NCBI GenBank assembly: GCA_035534315.1
Contig: DATLSD010000059.1
Span: 5,369-69,368, forward strand
Direction: 5' to 3'
Source: Elusimicrobiota bacterium
Lineage (GTDB): Bacteria; Elusimicrobiota; Elusimicrobia; UBA1565; UBA9628
Length of the DNA: 64,000 nt
The translations under genes and the position numbers were made by a program. This document shows positions 52,861-61,328 of the stretch, piece by piece. The notes under the pieces were generated by a model, which was not told the DNA's origin, ran no database searches, and saw only the letters and a program-made list of their open reading frames with translations. Every line of letters starts with the position of its first letter. Positions within the stretch are counted from its first letter, which is position 1.

Positions 52861-53787
52861 TTGAATCCTCTTCTCTCCGCTTTCCTGCGCGGAATCCTCT
52901 TCGCCCTCGGCTCGGCCGTCAGCCTTTTGCCCCGAAGCCTTGAATTGCCCTTGGGCCGCGCGCTGGGCCGCTTGGCGGCTCATGTGCTGGTTGCCCGCCG
53001 CCGCATCGCGGAGGACAACATCCGGCGCTGCCTTCCGGAGTTGACGCCGGAGCAGCAAAAAAAGCTCCTGCGGGAAAATTTCGAGCACTACGGCATCCTG
53101 GCTCTCGAGATCCTGCACATGTTCTCCCCGATTCCCGGCCATTATCGCCGCTATACCGCCCGCGTCACCCGACTGGATAACTTCGAGCATTGGAAGCGGG
53201 CGGCGGATAGAGGCAAGGGCGTTCTTTTCGTTTCGGCGCACCTGGCGAATTGGGAATTCGCGGCCGGCGCCGCCGCCTTGAACGGCATAGCGATCACCAT
53301 TACGACCAGGTATTTGAAGCCTAAATGGCTGCACCGCAAGATGGAGGCGACGCGGCTCTCCACCGGGGTGCGCGCCCTATATCAGCCGCGAACCCTGCCC
53401 GGAGTCCTGCGGGCGCTTCGGGCCAACGAAGCCGTAACCTTTGTCATGGATCAATATGCTCCTCCCCCCATGGGGACATGGGCCGTCTTTTTCGGCGCCA
53501 AAGTCCACACCCTCGCCGCCGTCGGGAGCATCGCCCAACGCACCGGAGCGGCGATTATTCCGGCCAAACAGCGCCGGACGCCCGACGGCATCGTGCACAT
53601 CGTCTTTGATCCCGCGGTGGACCTGGGCGACGCCGCCGGCGATCCGGACAAGGCCACGCAGATTCTGGTCTCGCGCGTCGAGAAATGGATCCGCGAGGAG
53701 CCGAGCCAATGGCTTTGGGTGCACAGGCGGTTCAAGAACGCCGTGTGGCCGGATTCAGGTCCGGCCGTTTCTTCGCGGGCCTCTTGA
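52861..53787 (+). CDS. LpxL/HtrB-family lipid A biosynthesis (lauroyl/myristoyl) acyltransferase
   Basis: 308-aa ORF with a TTG start and an N-terminal TM helix. The family motif is VSAHLANWEF (HX4E/D). Confidence 0.8.
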   Translation: MNPLLSAFLRGILFALGSAVSLLPRSLELPLGRALGRLAAHVLVARRRIAEDNIRRCLPELTPEQQKKLLRENFEHYGILALEILHMFSPIPGHYRRYTARVTRLDNFEHWKRAADRGKGVLFVSAHLANWEFAAGAAALNGIAITITTRYLKPKWLHRKMEATRLSTGVRALYQPRTLPGVLRALRANEAVTFVMDQYAPPPMGTWAVFFGAKVHTLAAVGSIAQRTGAAIIPAKQRRTPDGIVHIVFDPAVDLGDAAGDPDKATQILVSRVEKWIREEPSQWLWVHRRFKNAVWPDSGPAVSSRAS

Positions 53788-54626
53788 TGGCGGACGCGCG
53801 GTCTTTCCGGACGGCCGACGGCTCGCTCCATCTCCGGGTTTGGCCATCAGAGGGAAAGCGGCCGCTTCTGATGGTGCACGGGATGGCCGGCAACTCCCAT
53901 TGGTGGGATTGCGCCGCCCCGCTTCTGGCCCGCGATTTTGAGCCGGTCGCCCTGGATTTGGGCGGCCACGGGGACAGCTCTTGGCATGAGGACGGCGATT
54001 ATCCCGGCGAGGGATTCGTCGAGGACATCGAGCGGGCCCGCTTGGCGTTGGGGTGGGAGAAATTTTTTCTTTGCGGGCATTCCTTCGGGGCGCGGATGTC
54101 GCTGGACTACGCGATCAAGCATCCGCAGCGGCTCGCGGGCCTCATCGCCGCCGACTTCATGCCGGAATACCGGCAGCCCAATCCCAAGAAGAAGAGTTTT
54201 TTAGCCCGGTTCAAGCCGCGGCAGCCTTTCTATAAGGAACGCGAGGAAATCATCGGACGTTTCCACCTTCAGCCTCCGGGAAATCGCATGGATGCCGCGC
54301 AACTCCGCGCCTTGGCCCAATCGTGCGTGCGCCAAACGGAAAGAGGCTTTACCTGGAAGACGGACTGGCGGATTTTTACGTTCATCTACGAGAGCGCGTG
54401 GCCCGTTTTCCCGAAGCTGAGCATGCCCTGCTTTATTATCCGCGGGGAGTTCAGCACGGTCATGGAACGGCAGGACTTCGAGGGAGTGGTCAAGGCCGTG
54501 CCGGGCGCCCGAGGCCTGGAGATTCCCGAGTCCTTCCACCACGTTTCCCTGGACACTCCGCGGGAGTTTTCTTCGGCCGTGTCCGACTTCGCCCTGGGGC
54601 TTGAAAAGAAGGCCATGGCTTCATGA
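53787..54626 (+). CDS. alpha/beta hydrolase
   Basis: The start was moved to ATG 53787 (1-nt overlap with the upstream stop). The HG oxyanion motif (MVHGMAGN) and nucleophile elbow GHSFG are present. Confidence 0.8.
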   Translation: MADARSFRTADGSLHLRVWPSEGKRPLLMVHGMAGNSHWWDCAAPLLARDFEPVALDLGGHGDSSWHEDGDYPGEGFVEDIERARLALGWEKFFLCGHSFGARMSLDYAIKHPQRLAGLIAADFMPEYRQPNPKKKSFLARFKPRQPFYKEREEIIGRFHLQPPGNRMDAAQLRALAQSCVRQTERGFTWKTDWRIFTFIYESAWPVFPKLSMPCFIIRGEFSTVMERQDFEGVVKAVPGARGLEIPESFHHVSLDTPREFSSAVSDFALGLEKKAMAS

Positions 54627-55087
54627 ACAACGCGAAACCCAAGCATTTCGTGGCCACGGGCTACGTGGTCCGCGGCGGCAAGACCCTGCTGCTGTTCCAT
54701 AAAAAACTGCAAATGTGGCTGCCGCCCGGCGGCCATATCGAGGAGAACGAAACGCCGGAAGAGGCGCTGCGGCGCGAAATTCTCGAGGAGACCGGCTTGA
54801 AGGTGAAAATCCTTTCGCCCCGGGTGGCTCCCAATCCTCCGGAGCCCGAAGTCCGCTACCTGCACATCCCAAACCATGTCCAGTTGGAGCATATCCCCGG
54901 CCACGAGGATCACGTCGATTTGGTCTATTTTTGCCGCGCGCTGGACGGCGAGCCCGTTTTTTCCGTTCGAGAGCACGAGGCCATGCGCTGGCACGGCCCT
55001 GCGGACTTGAAAAAGCCCCATGTTCGGACCGAAGTGCGCCGCACCGGTCTTGAAGCCATCCGCTACGCCAGGGGCCGCGTCTCTTGA
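54623..55087 (+). CDS. NUDIX hydrolase
   Basis: 154-aa ORF with the Nudix box GGHIEENETPEEALRREILEETGL. Confidence 0.85.
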   Translation: MNNAKPKHFVATGYVVRGGKTLLLFHKKLQMWLPPGGHIEENETPEEALRREILEETGLKVKILSPRVAPNPPEPEVRYLHIPNHVQLEHIPGHEDHVDLVYFCRALDGEPVFSVREHEAMRWHGPADLKKPHVRTEVRRTGLEAIRYARGRVS

Positions 55088-55190
55088 CCTCGACCGGCGA
55101 AAATAGACACAATGGAGCCGTTCAACCGGCTTGGGCCGCTTTCAAGCTTAGCCCCGGCACGGACTTCCGTCATCATGGAGAAAAGAGCAA

Positions 55191-55448
55191 ATGCCTAAAG
55201 CCGCCAACGCCGCATTCATGAAGGAGCTGACGATCAGCCCCGCTTTGGCCAAAATCGTCGGCGCCAAGCCCCTGCCCCGGACCCAAGTCGTCAAGAAGCT
55301 CTGGGAGTACATCAAGAAGAACAAGCTTCAGGACACGAAGAACAAGCGCAACATCAACGCGGACGAAAACTTGAAGGCCGTTTTCGGCGGCAAGTCCACC
55401 GTCAGCATGTTCGAGATGACCAAGCTCGTCAGCAAGCACTTGAGCTAA
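55191..55448 (+). CDS. SWIB/MDM2 domain protein
   Basis: 85-aa ORF. PLPRTQVVKKLWEYIKKNKLQD...INADENLKAVFG matches the SWIB consensus. A GGAGAAAAG RBS is present. Confidence 0.8.
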   Translation: MPKAANAAFMKELTISPALAKIVGAKPLPRTQVVKKLWEYIKKNKLQDTKNKRNINADENLKAVFGGKSTVSMFEMTKLVSKHLS

Positions 55449-55452
55449 ACCC

Positions 55453-55815
55453 TTGTCAGTCCGAGCAGTCGCGGGGAAGGCGGCGGCGCTGGCCCTGGCC
55501 GCCGCTTTCCTCGGAGGTTGCGGCATCCTTTATACGGGCATCGCGGAGCCCTATTCCTACCGTTCGGCCTCGCCCGTGGACGTCAAGGCCAGCGAGACGG
55601 ATCCACTGGTCACCGGAGAATCCTGCAACCAAAGCGTGCTGTTTTTGTTCAGTTGGGGGGACGGCGGCTACGCGGACGCAGTCTCTTCGGCGCTCAAGGG
55701 CGATACCAAAGACGTCCTCTATGACGTGAAGGCGGACGTCAAAGTCCGCGCCTATCTGCTGGGTCTCTACACCAAGACCTGCACCGTCGTCACCGGGAAA
55801 ATCGGCCGTCTCTAA
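55453..55815 (+). CDS. TRL-like lipoprotein
   Basis: 120-aa ORF with a TTG start and lipobox LGGC. The body sequence (CNQSVLFLFSWGDGGY...YDVKADVK) resembles the TRL family. Confidence 0.65.
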   Translation: MSVRAVAGKAAALALAAAFLGGCGILYTGIAEPYSYRSASPVDVKASETDPLVTGESCNQSVLFLFSWGDGGYADAVSSALKGDTKDVLYDVKADVKVRAYLLGLYTKTCTVVTGKIGRL

Positions 55816-55946
55816 TTGCCGCGGCCGTCCGCGGCCGTCCCCAATCCCATCTTCGCATAGGTCTTAAGTCCCACCAGCCCTTGGGCCTATTGCCAGGCTC
55901 CGGCTGGAACTATCGACCCTATTTAGGGAAGCTCTTATATATCAGA

Positions 55947-55991
55947 ATAACGCCGGCTCGGACGCGCGAGCGCGCGTCCGCGTTATATTTT
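55947..55991 (+). terminator. GC-rich hairpin plus T-run: terminator of the TRL gene and/or leader structure of the M50-Hsp100 gene
   Basis: ATAACG/CGTTAT outer pairs flank the 10-bp palindrome CGGACGCGCG-AG-CGCGCGTCCG (55959-55980). ATTTT follows. It lies 25 nt upstream of ATG 56016. Confidence 0.45.
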
Positions 55992-56015
55992 GGACTAGAC
56001 AAGGATACCGGCTAC

Positions 56016-59000
56016 ATGGAGATTGCGTCGCGGCGCTTGGCGGTCAAAATTTTGGCGTTGGGGCTTTCATCCGCGCTCGTCCTGGTGTCTCCGGGGCTGG
56101 GCTGCTACGGCGCCCTGGCTGCTGGCTTCGAGGCTCCCGAGGCCGGAGCCGAGGCCCCCGCGAATTTTTCTCTTGCGCCGCTTTCCACTCTGAATAATGC
56201 CGTTTTGCCTGGGGGTGCGCCCCTGGGAAGCATCGGCGGCGTCAATATCCCCGAGTTGCTTTCCGGCCTTGAGCGCGCGCCGTCTCTGACTCCCGAGGAG
56301 GCAGACGTCCTTCGCGGCGTTGAGGCCGCGGGAACTTCCCAGGAGCGGGCCACGGTTGCCGTGGCGCGGCTGGCGGAACTCGCCGCGCGCGTCCGCGCGC
56401 AAGCCAACGCGCTGCCTGAACTGGCGCTTGGGGCGAAAAAGAGCGGCGACGCTCTCGGCTTTGAGCGCGCCGTCACCCAGGTGAGCGCCTACCGTAATTT
56501 CTTGAACGTCCCGAACCTGGAGAAATTGAACGCCGCCCAAAAGAGCTTGGCCGGCATGAAGACGGCGCAGGCGCAAGGTTTGGTGGCCCAGGCGCGGAGG
56601 CTTTGGGGCAAGCCGGCGCCAGCGATCGTCAAAGCCGGCGCCGATGTCGATGCGGCGCGGGGTCTTCCGTCCGGGCTTCTTGAGCCTTCAGGCGCTTCCG
56701 GCGTTCAGCGCGGCACGGAGATCCCGGCGCCGCGGCATGCGTCGGCTGTCGTGAGTTTGGCGCGAAAAATTTCCTCCGTCGGCCCGGGCCGCTGGCGCCG
56801 GCTCTTAAGCGCGGCGGCCGTCATCGGCGGCGCCGCGGCTCTCATCCTCACTCACGGCGCGGCGTTAAGCGTCAACTCGGTTCTTTACGGCGCGGCGCTG
56901 ATGTCCGGCATTCTTCTCCATGAGACGGGCCACCTCTACTTGGCCCGCCGCCTGGGAGACGACACGGCCCGGCGTTTTAGCCAGGGGAGCCTCAACCCCT
57001 TCAAGCACGTCGATCCCTGGGGCACCGTCGTGCTGCCCTTCTTGAGCTTGGTCGCAAGCTCGACTTTCCTCCATGTTCCGTTGCTGCTGGGCTGGGCCAA
57101 GCCCATCCCGGTCGATTACAACAAGCTGGCCGACCCCAAGCGAGACGCGGCCAAGGTCGCCTTCGCTGGTCCCGCGGCGAACGCGGCGGCGGCGGCATTG
57201 GCGTGGGGCGCCCGCTTGGCGCTGGTCTCGACCGGAGTCATCGTCGCCGGAGGCTTGGCGGCGTCCGCGCTCCAAGCCGCGGCCGTGGTCAATCTGGCTC
57301 TGGCCGCGTTCAATCTCTTGGCGCCGCTGCCCCACGCCGACGGGTTCAAGATCGGCATCCGCTGGTGGCCGACCCGCGTCTACCGTTCCGCGTGGGCGCG
57401 CAATCCGGAACTGCCCAACGGAGCCTATCAAGGCATTTTCCGGCGGCTCTACGAAGGCCCGGCCAATCCGCTGGCTTGGCTTTCGCGCCACGGCTTTTCT
57501 CCGCGCCGCGTCCAGCGCCTGACTTGGGGGCTCGGCTTGGCGGCGTTTTCGGCCGCTTCCTTGGCCGGCTATTTCTGGCTGGGCCTGCCGGTGGTGGGCA
57601 TCGCCTTGGCTTGCAGCCAGGCGTACTACTGCATCTACGAAAAGGTACAGAACGAAGAGGCGGTTAAGTCCCTGCGCGGCATCCTGGGCGGCTGGGCCCG
57701 CTGGGCGGCGGATTTGGCGGAAAAGGGCGAGCTGCGCTCGGAAGTCGACAGCGAGCGCTTCGAGAACATCATGGCCGAGGTGCTGGACGGCGACTTGATG
57801 GACGAGGTTATCGGCTCCGAGGGCTTCGATTCGCTTTCCAACGACGAGAAATGGAGCCGTTTCCAGGACGCGTTTATCGGCCGCGCCGCCGAGGCCCTGC
57901 ACGCGGATCCGCGCGGATTGCCGGACGACGACGTGCAAAGCATCCGCCAGAAACTTTTTGAAAGCCAGGACGGCCAGGCCAGGCTCGCGGAGCTGCGCCG
58001 CTGGATGGAGCAGCGATGGGACGGCCGCGACATCTGGTCGCGTTGGCGCACGGAAAAACGCAAAGGCCAGGACGGTCGGGCCGGGGGTTCGCAGGGCGAG
58101 CAAGCCGTCAAGAAAGCCGGAACGATGCTGGGCCTCATCGCCGTGGCGGCGCTGGGCGGCCTCGCTTTGCCGCATATTCTGGGCGCGCACGTCGCGTTGA
58201 GCGCCATGGGTCCGCTGGGCCTTTTGCTGGGCTCCATCGAGGACTCCTCAACGCCGCCTGCCGCGGCCGCGCGCCTGCCGCAAAAGCCTTTCCTCGAAGC
58301 CGCCGAAGATCCGGCCGTGGATCTCTCGCGCGAGGACAAAAAGTTTTTGACGGCCATGTTCGGCCGGCGCGCGATCGAGGAGATTGTTCCCGACGAGACT
58401 CCCGTCATCGGAAGGCTCGAGGAAATGAACAAGATGGTTCCCGTCATCGCCGCTCCTTCCGGCGACGCCAACGGCGTGGTGCTGGTGGGCAAGGCGGGCG
58501 TGGGCAAGACCGCGGTTCTCCGGAAAGTGATCCAGGCGGTCGGTATCTCTCGCGGGCAGGAGGGCGAGGGCAGCACCTTCCGCCTCTCCACCTTGGACGA
58601 ACGCTATTACTTGTCGCTGGATCCCACCCAAATCCTGGACCAAATGGCGCAGGATAATTCAACGGCGGTGCTTTCGAGCCTGCTCCGCATCCTGGCTAAA
58701 TTCAACGTTTTGCAGCGCGGCCGGGGCGCCAAGGTCGTCTTGGTCGTCGACGAGGTGCACACCCTTTTCCAGGACGCGCAATACGGCCCCCGCATAAAGA
58801 ATCTGATCAAAAAACCTCTGGAGCGCGGCGATGTCGCCATCGTGGGCGGCACCACCAAAGGGGAGTACGACAAGTACATCAGGCCCGACGAGGCCATCAA
58901 GCGCCGCTTGAAGCCCGTCGAGGTGCCGGAATATGACGAGGCGCAGTCCCTGCGCGCCTTGCAGGAGTCGCGGTCCTACTATGAGCGGCGCTACGGGGTG

Positions 59001-61328
59001 AAAATCGAACCCTCCGCGCTCAAGGCCGCGGCCGAGAATTCCAAGGTTGATCAGGAAATCTTTCTGCCGGGCCGAGCCTTCCATTATCTCATCGAGGCGC
59101 TGCGGGTCGCCGATTTCCAGAGCCGCCGCGATCGCCTGTCCTTGGCCATCCAGGACAAGATGAGCGAACTGGAGTACGCGTTCAAGCGCTTGGAAGAAGA
59201 GAAGGCCAAACTGTTCCAGGCCGAACCCGGGGCCGTCGCCGAAGAAGAGGCGTCCCAAGCGCCCAGCGTCATCGACTTGGAGAACGCGGCGGCGCGGCTG
59301 GTCGAGGACCTGGTGGCGCTCTATCGCCAGCGCCAGGCGATTCCTTCCGGCGGCGTCCCGACCGTTGATGAACATCTGGTCAACGACAAGATCGTCGAGG
59401 AAACCGGCGTCGCCACCAACCAGCTGACTTTGGGCCGCGAGGACATGCATAAGTACGTCGAGATGGAGCAGTCCCTAAACAAGATCGTGGTGGGCCAGGA
59501 AGAGGCGGTCCACGTGATTTCCGACGCCGTGCGCCGCAGCAAGTCCGGCATGCACGACTCCGAGGACGAGCCTATCGGCGTCTTTTTGCTGACCGGCCCC
59601 ACCGGCACGGGCAAGACCTATTTCGCCAAGAAGCTCGCGGACTTCCTCTTCGGCAGCGAGAACGCCATGATTCGCCTCGACATGTCGGAGTACATGCAGC
59701 CGCACGAGGTCGCCAAGATGACGGGCGCGCCTCCGGGCTACGTGGGCTTCGAGCAGGGCGGGACGCTGACCGAGGCGGTCCGCAAGCACCCCTACAGCGT
59801 GGTGCTTTTCGACGAAATTGAGAAGGCCAACCCGGCCGCGTGGCTTATTCTGCTGCAGGTTTTGGCCGACGGCCGCCTGACCGACGGCCACGGGCGGACC
59901 GTGAGCTTCAAGAACACTATCGTGCTCATGAGCTCCAACGTGGGCATGATGAGCCTCGATTTGGGGCCCTACGAAAAAGCTTACGCGGTGTTGAAGGCGC
60001 AGTGGGACGCGTCGGAGGGCGACGAAGCCCGGCGCGCCGAGGTGGAGGCTCAGCTTTCCGAGTTCGGCGTCCGGATGGCGCGCGAAATCCGGGAGAAGGC
60101 CGTCGCCGCGACCAACGAGGCCATGACCGGGATGTTCCCGCCTGAGTTCCGCGGGCGCCTGCAGTACGATCCCATCGTCTTTAATCCCATGACCATGGCG
60201 ATGATGGAAAAAATCGCGCCGCTGGAATTGGAAAAGGTGCGTCGCAAGGTCGGGCAGAGGGGAAACGAGCTGGAATGGACTCCCGAGGTCGTCAAGCTTC
60301 TCGTTCATGAGGGCTACAGCGTGGACAAAGGCGCGCGGCCGTTGCGCAATGCCATCAAGAACCTGGTGGAGTCGCCCATTTCCCGCGAAATCCTGGAATC
60401 CGCCGCGAAAGGCGGAGCCCAGCCCGGCCCCAAGCGTATCCGCTTAAGCGTGCAAAAGGGCAAAATCAACGTGGCCGTGGAGCCTTTGCCCGTCAAGCCC
60501 GCGCTCAAGGCTCCTCCCGCCGAGGCGATGAGCCGCGAGATATTCGATCGCCTGGTGACTCTGGTGGAGCAGGCGGTCGAGGAAAACGCGGAGATGGGCC
60601 TGACCCGGGAAATCCTCGATCGGTGGATTCTGGATGAAATCAAGAGCCATCCCGCGGAGGAAGACGCAAAGCCTGCGGCCCCCGCGACGGTCGCCGAGGG
60701 AGCCGCTGAGAAAACTCAGGGAACAGCCATTGCGGCTCCCGCCGCCCCGGCGCCATCGCAGGAGGCTTCTTTGCTGGCTCAGAATGAGGCGCCTGGGTTG
60801 GGCGCGCAAGACCCGATAATCACCCAGGGCGATCAGGAAACCGCCAAGGAATTCCGGACCGGCGTCGCGCGGCAAATCAAGGAAGCGCTCGAGCGCGAGC
60901 ATTATCCCGAAAGCGTCCAGGAGGCCCTGCTGCGATCCGTGCCCTCGGAAGCCGAGCCCTATGAAGGATGGCTCAAGGTATTTTTGCGCCAAGCCGGCGT
61001 CGGCCGCGAGGGAGGGCTTCAAGTCCGCTACCGGATTAATCCGCAATCGGCCGTGGTCTCGATTCACGCCAGCGGCCCCTTGAGCGAATCGGAGGCGGCG
61101 TTTCTGCGCGCGCATTTCACCGGCCGCGTCCCGGCCAGCGCCCAGGAGTCGCTCGATCGGGCGGAAGGCGGCAACATTCTCAAGCAGGACAGCTCGAGCC
61201 GCCTCTGTTTCGAGCTCTACCGCATCCTTTCCGCGATTCCCGGGGCGCGCCTGGGGTATTCAACCGGCGCTTCCGGAACGGATTATTGGCTCGAACTTCC
61301 CAATCCCGCGGCGCATGAATCGAGATAG
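56016..61328 (+). CDS. giant fusion protein: N-terminal Ala-rich region + M50 (site-2) metalloprotease membrane domain + two-ring Clp/Hsp100 AAA+ ATPase + C-terminal extension
   Basis: One uninterrupted ORF. ATG 56016 with an AAGGA RBS is preferred over the TTG at 55881. Motifs: HETGH at 56919-56933; NLALAAFNLLAPLPHADG at 57291-57344; Walker A GKAGVGKT at 58488-58511; Walker A GPTGTGKT at 59595-59618; Walker B boxes VVLVVDEVH and VVLFDEIEKA; sensor-2 GARPLRN. Confidence 0.85.
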   Translation: MEIASRRLAVKILALGLSSALVLVSPGLGCYGALAAGFEAPEAGAEAPANFSLAPLSTLNNAVLPGGAPLGSIGGVNIPELLSGLERAPSLTPEEADVLRGVEAAGTSQERATVAVARLAELAARVRAQANALPELALGAKKSGDALGFERAVTQVSAYRNFLNVPNLEKLNAAQKSLAGMKTAQAQGLVAQARRLWGKPAPAIVKAGADVDAARGLPSGLLEPSGASGVQRGTEIPAPRHASAVVSLARKISSVGPGRWRRLLSAAAVIGGAAALILTHGAALSVNSVLYGAALMSGILLHETGHLYLARRLGDDTARRFSQGSLNPFKHVDPWGTVVLPFLSLVASSTFLHVPLLLGWAKPIPVDYNKLADPKRDAAKVAFAGPAANAAAAALAWGARLALVSTGVIVAGGLAASALQAAAVVNLALAAFNLLAPLPHADGFKIGIRWWPTRVYRSAWARNPELPNGAYQGIFRRLYEGPANPLAWLSRHGFSPRRVQRLTWGLGLAAFSAASLAGYFWLGLPVVGIALACSQAYYCIYEKVQNEEAVKSLRGILGGWARWAADLAEKGELRSEVDSERFENIMAEVLDGDLMDEVIGSEGFDSLSNDEKWSRFQDAFIGRAAEALHADPRGLPDDDVQSIRQKLFESQDGQARLAELRRWMEQRWDGRDIWSRWRTEKRKGQDGRAGGSQGEQAVKKAGTMLGLIAVAALGGLALPHILGAHVALSAMGPLGLLLGSIEDSSTPPAAAARLPQKPFLEAAEDPAVDLSREDKKFLTAMFGRRAIEEIVPDETPVIGRLEEMNKMVPVIAAPSGDANGVVLVGKAGVGKTAVLRKVIQAVGISRGQEGEGSTFRLSTLDERYYLSLDPTQILDQMAQDNSTAVLSSLLRILAKFNVLQRGRGAKVVLVVDEVHTLFQDAQYGPRIKNLIKKPLERGDVAIVGGTTKGEYDKYIRPDEAIKRRLKPVEVPEYDEAQSLRALQESRSYYERRYGVKIEPSALKAAAENSKVDQEIFLPGRAFHYLIEALRVADFQSRRDRLSLAIQDKMSELEYAFKRLEEEKAKLFQAEPGAVAEEEASQAPSVIDLENAAARLVEDLVALYRQRQAIPSGGVPTVDEHLVNDKIVEETGVATNQLTLGREDMHKYVEMEQSLNKIVVGQEEAVHVISDAVRRSKSGMHDSEDEPIGVFLLTGPTGTGKTYFAKKLADFLFGSENAMIRLDMSEYMQPHEVAKMTGAPPGYVGFEQGGTLTEAVRKHPYSVVLFDEIEKANPAAWLILLQVLADGRLTDGHGRTVSFKNTIVLMSSNVGMMSLDLGPYEKAYAVLKAQWDASEGDEARRAEVEAQLSEFGVRMAREIREKAVAATNEAMTGMFPPEFRGRLQYDPIVFNPMTMAMMEKIAPLELEKVRRKVGQRGNELEWTPEVVKLLVHEGYSVDKGARPLRNAIKNLVESPISREILESAAKGGAQPGPKRIRLSVQKGKINVAVEPLPVKPALKAPPAEAMSREIFDRLVTLVEQAVEENAEMGLTREILDRWILDEIKSHPAEEDAKPAAPATVAEGAAEKTQGTAIAAPAAPAPSQEASLLAQNEAPGLGAQDPIITQGDQETAKEFRTGVARQIKEALEREHYPESVQEALLRSVPSEAEPYEGWLKVFLRQAGVGREGGLQVRYRINPQSAVVSIHASGPLSESEAAFLRAHFTGRVPASAQESLDRAEGGNILKQDSSSRLCFELYRILSAIPGARLGYSTGASGTDYWLELPNPAAHESR

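Noticed and set aside
56865-58591. 441-aa and 318-aa minus-strand ORFs inside the giant gene
   Set aside because: They are shadow ORFs. The plus-strand frame carries the M50 and AAA+ motifs.
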